Part shown: piece by piece, positions 27,726-35,073 of the stretch
Position numbering within the stretch: the stretch's first letter is position 1
How the letters are laid out: each line of letters begins with the position of its first letter
From: an uncultured bacterium
GTDB lineage: Bacteria > Cyanobacteriota > Vampirovibrionia > Gastranaerophilales > Gastranaerophilaceae
DNA length: 64,000 bases
Reading direction: 5' to 3'
Assembly (NCBI GenBank): GCA_902462155.1
Contig: CABQAQ010000008.1
Location: forward strand, 38,613-102,612
Notes under the pieces: generated by a model
The model's database searches: none
Told to the model about the DNA's origin: nothing
What the model saw: only the letters and a program-made list of their open reading frames with translations
Translations under genes and position numbers: made by a program

Positions 27726-28040
27726 ATGTTTATGCAGGTTAACCCAAATCAAGGACGTGCAAATAGTCAACAGGTAAATCCAAGTCTACAGCAGCAACAA
27801 AGAGCTATACATACAAATAGTTATCAAAGTATGCAAGCTGATTATAATAATACTCACCTTAAGAATGATCGTAACATAACTGAAAAGCAAAAAGATCAAT
27901 GGTTTGGAGATGAAAATGGTAATATACCTATAGAAAGGCAAAATTTATCTAATCTCTTTAGCTATCTTAAAGAAGCAGATGGAACTAGTGATGACGAAGC
28001 ATTATCTTTAATGAAAGATGTTTATATGAATGGAGAATAA
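27726..28040 (+). CDS. hypothetical small Gln/Asn-rich protein (P1)
   Basis: 104-aa ORF. GGAGG at 27719-27723 lies only 2 nt from the first ATG, so the ATG at 27732 is the likelier start. No signal peptide or TM segment. Confidence 0.55.
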   Translation: MFMQVNPNQGRANSQQVNPSLQQQQRAIHTNSYQSMQADYNNTHLKNDRNITEKQKDQWFGDENGNIPIERQNLSNLFSYLKEADGTSDDEALSLMKDVYMNGE

Positions 28041-28092
28041 AATATTATAATCTTATTTATAGTATGAAAGCAAAAGAAAGGAGTTTTTAATT

Positions 28093-28521
28093 ATGGCTAA
28101 TGGCATTGGTGGAGTAAATTTTAATAATCATAATGTTCTTGGTAACGCAGGAGGAGAAAGACGAGTAGATGAAAATGGAGGTGCAATAGAACACCAGTTT
28201 GGAGTCCAAGAACGTGCTGCTGTCCCAATTTTACAAGTACCAGACAATCCTCCTGAAATCCCTGCTCAAAATCTTGTCCAACCACAAACAGAGGAAGAGA
28301 TGTTAGCTCAACAAAATCTGCGTATGGAGCAATATTTTATAGGCGGAGATGAAACGGGGCAAGGTCTGGATGACGAAACAGATATTCAGTTCAGTGCTGA
28401 TTGTTGGTTAAATTATAAGATTCTTGAACGGCAACGGGATAAAGTTTATAAAAATGGTGAATATTCTAAAAGTATGTGGCATAATGCTCAATCTTTAAAA
28501 TTGGATGAAACTGGACATTAA
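28093..28521 (+). CDS. hypothetical small protein (P2) carrying the GVQERAAVPILQVPDNPPE module
   Basis: 142-aa ORF with ribosome-binding site AAAGGAG 9 nt upstream. Visibly more G+C-rich than flanking genes. Confidence 0.6.
   Translation: MANGIGGVNFNNHNVLGNAGGERRVDENGGAIEHQFGVQERAAVPILQVPDNPPEIPAQNLVQPQTEEEMLAQQNLRMEQYFIGGDETGQGLDDETDIQFSADCWLNYKILERQRDKVYKNGEYSKSMWHNAQSLKLDETGH
28201..28253 (+). repeat. 53-nt perfect direct repeat, copy 1
   Basis: ggagtccaagaacgtgctgctgtcccaattttacaagtaccagacaatcctcc, identical to 28726-28778. In frame in both genes. Confidence 0.95.
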
Positions 28522-28602
28522 TAGCAAAAATGAAATAAAAATATTATTTGAAAATTAATATTATATGTAAACTGTTAAGTATTTAAAAGAAAGGAGTTTT
28601 TT

Positions 28603-28995
28603 ATGAGTATTGATAAGGCACAAATCAGTGGACCAACTGGTTTTACTAAAGTTAAAGGGACGCCAGAGCAAATAGCCATGGCTAAAAAAATAGCAGAAGA
28701 ACAAGCAGCTCGAAAGCAGGAAAACGGAGTCCAAGAACGTGCTGCTGTCCCAATTTTACAAGTACCAGACAATCCTCCAGAAGTTGCCAGTAAGGAAGTC
28801 TATAAAAATTCTACAGATGTCGAAATATCTTCATTAAAAAAACAACTAGCAGAAGATAAAGCTAGAGGATTGTATGATGAGGCGAGACATCAAGAACTTG
28901 CTGACAAAATGTTTGCTCGTTTCCAATCTATTATGGATGATAATGATCACACAAGATTAGGAGGGTATGAAAGAAACATAGAGAAAAATACATAA
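28603..28995 (+). CDS. hypothetical small protein (P3) carrying the GVQERAAVPILQVPDNPPE module
   Basis: 130-aa ORF with ribosome-binding site AAAGGAG 6 nt upstream. It shares the upstream string aaagaaaggagttttt with P2. Confidence 0.6.
   Translation: MSIDKAQISGPTGFTKVKGTPEQIAMAKKIAEEQAARKQENGVQERAAVPILQVPDNPPEVASKEVYKNSTDVEISSLKKQLAEDKARGLYDEARHQELADKMFARFQSIMDDNDHTRLGGYERNIEKNT
28726..28778 (+). repeat. 53-nt perfect direct repeat, copy 2
   Basis: Identical to 28201-28253. The flanking nucleotides differ on both sides. Confidence 0.95.
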
Positions 28996-29074
28996 TAACT
29001 ATTGTAAAAAAATCTCCTTTTTATTACTATATTTCCTTGTGAGATATTGATATATAATAAAAAGGAGATTTTTA

Positions 29075-29485
29075 GTGTTTAAAAAGTTTAGATTTAGCCA
29101 AAATATTAACAGTGGTAATGAAACGTCATTGAATGATTTAGAAAAAAAAGAAGAAATTAAAGTTCCAATACACAGTGATAGAAATAGTAAACAAAATATA
29201 AGTATTTCTAAAAGAAACTCAAAAGGTTTTACTCAATTATTTTTTAGAAATAGTATAAAAAGTTCAGCAAATATTAAAAAAGATAAAAGTTGTAAGGTTA
29301 TTTTTGATGAAAAAACAAAAGAAACAATGTTAACACCATATAAAAATATTAAAAATGCTAATGAAAAAATCTTACAAATACAACAAGAAAGACGTCAAGA
29401 ACTAGAAAAACTAAATGCTAATAATGGAAAGAATATTAAAAACTTAGCATTACAATTCAGTAAAAATGGTATTACTTCAATTTAG
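29075..29485 (+). CDS. hypothetical basic Lys/Asn-rich small protein (P4)
   Basis: 136-aa ORF with a GTG start 7 nt after AAGGAG. Confidence 0.45.
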   Translation: MFKKFRFSQNINSGNETSLNDLEKKEEIKVPIHSDRNSKQNISISKRNSKGFTQLFFRNSIKSSANIKKDKSCKVIFDEKTKETMLTPYKNIKNANEKILQIQQERRQELEKLNANNGKNIKNLALQFSKNGITSI

Positions 29486-29533
29486 GAAGGGAATTTTTCT
29501 TCGGTTAAATTTTTTCTAAAATTATTTAATAAT

Positions 29534-29580
29534 AAAATATGTGTAATTTTTGATTTTATAAAAATTACACATATTTTTTA
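29534..29580. terminator. bidirectional terminator between P4 and serA
   Basis: 18-bp perfect stem aaaatatgtgtaattttt / aaaaattacacatatttt, 8-nt loop, flanked by A/T runs. Confidence 0.7.
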
Positions 29581-29597
29581 GTTATGATACATTAAGA

Positions 29598-31193
29598 TTA
29601 GATATGTAAATTAATATATTTAGCACCTAAAACACCATCAATGTTACATATCTCATTTAAAACCTGATCACTTACATTAGTTTGAGTATTAATAATCATA
29701 ATAGAAATATTATCATCAATGTTTGACTTTTGAGCAACTTGCATATGATTAATATTAATATCATAATTTGCAATAACCGAAGCAACTTTAGCAACCATGG
29801 CAGGCTTATTTGTATGAGGTATGGTAAGCATATGTTTTTCAGGTTTTATGCTGGTATTAAAATCATCTATTTTAACTATTCTCGGTATATTCTGAGCAAT
29901 TAAAGCACCGGAAACAGAAGTTGTAGAAGAATCAGTTGTAATAGTAATATTTAAAAGTCCAAGATAGTTAATATTCTTAGATGATTTTGAAGTTTTAATA
30001 TTAATCCCTCTTTGTTTGGCTAAAATAGGAGCGTTTACATAATTTACACCTTCTAATTTATTTGAAAATACACCTTTTAATAAAGCTATCTCTAAAGGCT
30101 TAACATCATATTGTGTCAATTCGCCAAATACAGTAAAGTCAATATTTTTAATATTTCCTGTCTTAATTTGTGAAGCAACTTCTGCAATATTTTCAGCTAA
30201 AGACATATACTCTTTAACAGGTTCTAATTTCGATTTAGAAAAACCAGGTAAATTAACAGCACTAGAAGCTTCACCTCCAGATAATACAGATTTTATTTGA
30301 TTAGCAACATCAATAGCTACATTTAATTGAGCCTCATTAGTACTAGCGCCTAAATGAGGTGTAAGTATAATTTTACCTTCAGTAAGATTCAAAAGTGGGC
30401 AAGAACTTATATCCGGCTCTTTTTCAAATACATCTAAAGCACATCCGGATACTTGTCCTGATTGTATAGCTTCTGCTAATGCTGCTTCATCTATTATTCC
30501 ACCTCTTGCACAATTTATAATCTTTACACCTTTTTTCATTCTGTTTAAGCTGTTTTTATTTATCAAGTAAGTAGTTTCTTTTGTTTTTGGTGTGTGAATT
30601 GTAATATAATCACACTGACTCCAGAATTCATCTAAGTGTGGTACATATTCAGCACCTATTTTTTCTACACTTTCTTTTGATGTATATGGATCACACACAA
30701 TTACTTTCATACCCAAACTTAAGCATACATTTGCAACATGAGTTCCGATTTTTCCTAATCCTATAATACCAATGGTTTTCCCGAAGACCTCACTACCTGT
30801 AAATTTAGATCGTTCCCATTTGCCTGCTTTTGTTGAAATTACAGCTTCTGGAATATTTCTTGATAATGCTAAAATTAAAGCAATAGTATGCTCAGATGCA
30901 GCATTGGTATTCCCATCAGGAGAATTAACTACTATAATACCTTTTTGGGTAGCAGCGTCTAAATCAATATTATCAACACCTACTCCAGCTCTGCCTATTA
31001 TCTTTAACTTATCTGCATTATCTATTATTTTTTTTGTAACTTTAGTCTGTGATCTTACCATTAAAGCATCATAATCTTTAATCTTTTGACATAATTCATC
31101 TTCAGTCATTGTTGGCAAAAAATCACACTCAGCTATGTTCCCTATTATATCTTTTGCGGTTTCATTTATTTTATCTGTAATCAAAACTTTCAT
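29598..31193 (-). CDS. serA: D-3-phosphoglycerate dehydrogenase (long form with ACT domain)
   Basis: 531 aa. GRAGVGVDNID, the NAD-binding motif GIIGLGKIGTHVA, and a C-terminal ACT-like region. Confidence 0.9.
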   Translation of the reverse strand: MKVLITDKINETAKDIIGNIAECDFLPTMTEDELCQKIKDYDALMVRSQTKVTKKIIDNADKLKIIGRAGVGVDNIDLDAATQKGIIVVNSPDGNTNAASEHTIALILALSRNIPEAVISTKAGKWERSKFTGSEVFGKTIGIIGLGKIGTHVANVCLSLGMKVIVCDPYTSKESVEKIGAEYVPHLDEFWSQCDYITIHTPKTKETTYLINKNSLNRMKKGVKIINCARGGIIDEAALAEAIQSGQVSGCALDVFEKEPDISSCPLLNLTEGKIILTPHLGASTNEAQLNVAIDVANQIKSVLSGGEASSAVNLPGFSKSKLEPVKEYMSLAENIAEVASQIKTGNIKNIDFTVFGELTQYDVKPLEIALLKGVFSNKLEGVNYVNAPILAKQRGINIKTSKSSKNINYLGLLNITITTDSSTTSVSGALIAQNIPRIVKIDDFNTSIKPEKHMLTIPHTNKPAMVAKVASVIANYDININHMQVAQKSNIDDNISIMIINTQTNVSDQVLNEICNIDGVLGAKYINLHI

Positions 31194-31223
31194 AATATAT
31201 TAAAATCCTTTTTTATGTATAAT

Positions 31224-32402
31224 CTATTTTTTAACAGAAGAAGTTTTATTTTCTTCAAAAATTATATTCATAGCGGCTTTGACTCCACTGCCTAAATCAA
31301 ATTTATGCCCAAGTTTATACATTGTGCCTTCTAATGATGTAATAGCAGCTAATACATCTCTGTCAGAAACAAAGCCTAAAGTACCAAGCCTGAATATTTT
31401 ATCTTTTAAATTATTTTGTCCATTCGCTACAACAATATCATAATCTTTTTTTAGAGTTGATCTAATATCAGCTACTGTTATATTTTCAGGAGGCAATACT
31501 GCTGTTATTGTGTTGCTAGCTATATTATCATCCGGAACAAAAAGTTCAAGATTAATAGATCTTATGGCAGCTCTTAATGCTTTTGCGTGTATTCTGTGTC
31601 GATTCCATATATTTTCAATACCTTCTTTTTTCATCATTTGAAGTGCTACATTAAGTCCACAGAATAAATTAACAGCAGGAGTGTATGGCGTCGTATCATT
31701 CGCTACGGCTTTTTTATATGCTTTCCAATCAAAATAAAAACTAGGATATTTACATTTTTCATAAAGCTTCCAAGCTTTTTCATTAGCGGTTAAAAATGCT
31801 AACCCGGGTGGTAACATAAATCCCTTTTGTGATCCGGACACAAGTACATCAATACCCCATTGATCGGGTTTACATTCTATAGCTCCAATACTTGTTACTC
31901 CATCAACTACATTTACAGCGCCATGTTCATTTATTATTTTACATAAAGTTTTTATATCATTTGTTACTCCGGTTGAAGTTTCATTATGTGTTAATGTTAC
32001 AACCTTTATTTCTTTATTAACATCTTCATTTAATTTTTTTCTTAAGTCTTCAGGATTAATAGCACATCCGGCTTGAACTTCTATTGTATCTACAATAGCT
32101 CCACGAGATAAAGCTATTTTTCTAAACCTATCTCCAAAATTACCAATTATAAGAGAAAGCACTTTGTCGTTTGGATTGATTAAATTTGCCAAAGCTGCTT
32201 CCATTGCTCCTGTTCCACTTGAGGTGAAAACAAAAACATCATTATTTGTTTGGAAACACCATTTTAAATCTTGATAAACAGTTTTCAAAATGGAGGAAAA
32301 TTCTAAGCTCCTATGTCCTATCGGATGTTTTGCTATTTCTAACATAACACTTTCAGGTACCGGTGTTGGGCCTGGAATCATTAAAAACGTTTTGTCTTGC
32401 AT
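31224..32402 (-). CDS. class-V (AGXT-family) aminotransferase, probable phosphoserine aminotransferase
   Basis: 392 aa. PLP-lysine motif VSGSQKGFMLPPGLA. Adjacent to and co-oriented with serA. Confidence 0.75.
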   Translation of the reverse strand: MQDKTFLMIPGPTPVPESVMLEIAKHPIGHRSLEFSSILKTVYQDLKWCFQTNNDVFVFTSSGTGAMEAALANLINPNDKVLSLIIGNFGDRFRKIALSRGAIVDTIEVQAGCAINPEDLRKKLNEDVNKEIKVVTLTHNETSTGVTNDIKTLCKIINEHGAVNVVDGVTSIGAIECKPDQWGIDVLVSGSQKGFMLPPGLAFLTANEKAWKLYEKCKYPSFYFDWKAYKKAVANDTTPYTPAVNLFCGLNVALQMMKKEGIENIWNRHRIHAKALRAAIRSINLELFVPDDNIASNTITAVLPPENITVADIRSTLKKDYDIVVANGQNNLKDKIFRLGTLGFVSDRDVLAAITSLEGTMYKLGHKFDLGSGVKAAMNIIFEENKTSSVKK

Positions 32403-32566
32403 TTTGAAAACTCCTTTCTCTTTGTTTTCGTTGAATTAAGCTATGAATCAATTTATATAATAAAATAATAATTTTTTATTTAATAAATAATTATGGTATA
32501 AAAAAAGATTACTTAAATTATAATTTTTTGCATAGAAAACTATGATTTAAATAAAAATCACCAAAA

Positions 32567-33037
32567 TTAAATACAGGATAGTAAATTAGATGTTTCAATT
32601 GCGGCTAAGGCAGCTTCTGAACCTTTATTACCGGCTTTTGTTCCGGCTCTTTCAACAGCTTGTTCTATATTTTCAGTAGTTAATACTCCAAATGTTACAG
32701 GAATTCCAGTTTCTAAAGCTACATTTGCTATTCCTTTTGATAACTCTGAGGCTACATATTCAAAATGTGCTGTTGCTCCACGTATTATTGCGCCTAAAGT
32801 AATTATTGCACAATATCTTTTTGTTAAAGCAGCTTTCTTTGCTACTATTGGTATTTCAAATGCTCCCGGAGTCCAGATTACATCTATATTCTCTTTATTT
32901 AATCCGTGTCTTACTAATGTATCTATAGCTCCGTCCAATAATTTAGATCCTATAAAATCATTAAATCTTGATATTACAATGCAGAATCTTGTACCATCTG
33001 ATTTTATTACTAAATTACCTTCTATATGATTTACCAT
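32567..33037 (-). CDS. ribH: 6,7-dimethyl-8-ribityllumazine synthase
   Basis: 156 aa. [16 protein letters not shown] and [14 protein letters not shown] motifs. Confidence 0.9.
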   Translation of the reverse strand: MVNHIEGNLVIKSDGTRFCIVISRFNDFIGSKLLDGAIDTLVRHGLNKENIDVIWTPGAFEIPIVAKKAALTKRYCAIITLGAIIRGATAHFEYVASELSKGIANVALETGIPVTFGVLTTENIEQAVERAGTKAGNKGSEAALAAIETSNLLSCI

Positions 33038-33222
33038 TTTTATTTCCTTTATTTTTACAATAATTCTAAAAAATAATTATTAACATATTTATTTTAAAAT
33101 AAATATAAAAAATTTACAAAAATTTTAATAAAACTTTAGATCTATATAAATATTAATCTATGTCTACTTTTTCATTTATATATTTAATTGTAATAGTTTA
33201 AAAGAATAGTTCAAGTTTCTAA

Positions 33223-33252
33223 TTAGATTTTATGTCCGATTTGTGTTATAAT
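33223..33252 (+). promoter_or_regulatory. extended -10 promoter for the tmk-like operon
   Basis: TTAGAT (33223-33228), 18-nt spacer containing TGT, then TATAAT (33247-33252). Confidence 0.45.
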
Positions 33253-33284
33253 TTAATTTGTAAAAGCATAAGAGGATAAGATAA

Positions 33285-33959
33285 TTGTCAAGGTTATCAT
33301 CTAAACATGAATATAATGGTACTTTAATTTGTGTAGAAGGTATTGATGGATCAGGAAAATCCACGCAATTAAAAATTTTATATGGTTGGTTAAAAAGTAT
33401 TATTAATGATGTTATTTTTACAGAATGGAATTCATCTGAATTAATAGCTAAAACTACAAAGACCGGAAAAAAGAAGAATTTATTAAGTCCAAGGACTTAC
33501 TCTTTATTACACGCTGTGGATTTTGCAGATAGACTAGAACAAGTTATAAAGCCGGCATTGAAAGCAGGGTTTGTCGTTTTAGCTGATAGATACGTATTTA
33601 CAGCATTTGCTCGAGATGTAGCCCGAGGAGTTGATATTAACTGGTTAAAAAACATGTACTCATTTGCTGTAAGACCTGATTTGGCTGTTTATTATAGTGT
33701 CCCGGCCGAAATTTCTTTAGATCGTATTTGCTCTAACAGATCACCTAAGTTTTATGAGGCCGGAATGGATTTAAAGTTAAGCAAGGATCCTTATAAAAGT
33801 TATAAAATATTTCAAACCAGAGTAAATAATGAATATACAAAAATGTTAAGTGAGTATAATATTATAGAAATTGATGCTGAAAAATCAATACATCAAAAGC
33901 AGATATATTTACGAAAACTTGTGAAAGAAACTTTAGCTAAAAAAGGTATAAATATTTAG
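33285..33959 (+). CDS. thymidylate-kinase-family protein, divergent paralog A
   Basis: 224 aa. P-loop VEGIDGSGKSTQ and LADRYVFTAFARDV (DRY box). The EPG dTMP-binding segment is replaced by EWNSS. TTG start after GAGGA. Confidence 0.7.
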   Translation: MSRLSSKHEYNGTLICVEGIDGSGKSTQLKILYGWLKSIINDVIFTEWNSSELIAKTTKTGKKKNLLSPRTYSLLHAVDFADRLEQVIKPALKAGFVVLADRYVFTAFARDVARGVDINWLKNMYSFAVRPDLAVYYSVPAEISLDRICSNRSPKFYEAGMDLKLSKDPYKSYKIFQTRVNNEYTKMLSEYNIIEIDAEKSIHQKQIYLRKLVKETLAKKGINI

Positions 33960-33962
33960 ATT

Positions 33963-34622
33963 ATGAAAAAAGAAAATTATAATGGTCTTTTAGTTGTTAT
34001 CGAAGGTACAGATGGAGCAGGGAAATCTACTCAAATTGAGCTTTTAAAAAGGTATGTAGAAGACCAATCCTTTGGAACAATGATATCTGAATGGAAAACA
34101 TCGGGCTTAATAGCTGAAGCTATTGATCACGCTAAAGAAAGAAATCTGCTTAATGCTACAACATTCTCTTTACTTTATGCTGCGGATTTCGCAGATAGGT
34201 TAGAAAATATAATAATCCCAGCATTAAAATCTGGCTTTGTATGTTTGCTTGATAGGTATACTTATACAGCTTTTGCTCGGGATGTTGTTAGAGGACATGA
34301 TCTCTCTTGGGTTGAAAAATTGTATGATTATGCTCCTGATCCTGATATTGTTTTTTATCTTGATTTACCTGTAGAAACTTTGCTTAAAAGAGTTATTGGT
34401 AATAATGGGCTTGATTGGTGGGAATCAGGTCGTGATATTGGATTAAGTACTGATATTTATAAAAGTTTTAAAATTTATCAATCTAAAATCCTTCAAGAGT
34501 ATGATTTAATGAAATCTAAATATAATTTTATTTCACTTGATGGAACTTTATCTATTGATCAGATTCATAAACTTATGGTACAGCATCTGCAGAAATTCCT
34601 TGATAAACCTAAATTGTTATAA
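33963..34622 (+). CDS. thymidylate-kinase-family protein, divergent paralog B
   Basis: 219 aa. P-loop IEGTDGAGKSTQ and LLDRYTYTAFARDV. It starts 3 nt after paralog A ends and matches it at many aligned positions. Confidence 0.7.
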   Translation: MKKENYNGLLVVIEGTDGAGKSTQIELLKRYVEDQSFGTMISEWKTSGLIAEAIDHAKERNLLNATTFSLLYAADFADRLENIIIPALKSGFVCLLDRYTYTAFARDVVRGHDLSWVEKLYDYAPDPDIVFYLDLPVETLLKRVIGNNGLDWWESGRDIGLSTDIYKSFKIYQSKILQEYDLMKSKYNFISLDGTLSIDQIHKLMVQHLQKFLDKPKLL

Positions 34623-34666
34623 TACTATCGTTTTATTATTTTTTATTATTAGAATTTTATTTAATT

Positions 34667-35023
34667 ATGAAAACAAATATACTTTATACTGACTTCCAAA
34701 CTGTTCACGAAATTATTGATTCTTTTAAAGATAAGTTAGATATCTCTAAATCTGTAAAAAAAAATAATTTATTTAAATTTTGGAAAAAATCTGTCAATTC
34801 TTCTATATATAAATTATCGTATCCTTATTCTCTGACGAACGATGGCATTTTGATAATATCTTGTAAATCAAGTGTTGTTGCTAATGAGATCTTTATGCAG
34901 AAACAATGTATTATTTCTAAACTTAATATTTATGCTCAAGCTATAGAGCTTATTGTATATGATATTAAAACTGATCTAAAAACTTATAATTCTTTAGACC
35001 AGAATTATATTTTAGATCTTTAA
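34667..35023 (+). CDS. dciA: DUF721 / DciA-like protein
   Basis: 118 aa. The pattern FKFWKKSV...YPYSLTNDGILIISCKSSVVANEIFMQKQCIISKLN matches the DUF721 consensus (W..vG......p..l.dG.L.v.v.s..wa.eL......i...ln). Confidence 0.45.
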   Translation: MKTNILYTDFQTVHEIIDSFKDKLDISKSVKKNNLFKFWKKSVNSSIYKLSYPYSLTNDGILIISCKSSVVANEIFMQKQCIISKLNIYAQAIELIVYDIKTDLKTYNSLDQNYILDL

Positions 35024-35073
35024 CTTTTTTCATGGTAGATTTTTTTATATGTTTTAAATAAAATAAAACTAAA

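Noticed and set aside
28575-28772. 65-aa minus-strand ORF across the start of P3.
   Set aside because: It is antisense to an ORF with a good ribosome-binding site. It stays open only because this segment is unusually G+C-rich and stop codons are therefore rarer.
29041-29054. 14-mer gagatattgatata occurs upstream of P4 and again upstream of secA (48561-48574).
   Set aside because: It is short and AT-rich. In both places it overlaps a TG-n-TATA extended -10-like sequence, so it is more likely coincidental promoter-like sequence than a specific shared operator.
33038-33284. Possible FMN (RFN) riboswitch upstream of ribH. The same question applies upstream of ribD (41264-41343), and for a TPP riboswitch upstream of the thiS-like gene.
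   Set aside because: These intergenic regions are almost pure A/T and lack the conserved G/C-rich helices of RFN or THI elements. The thiS-like gene starts only 6 nt after surE.
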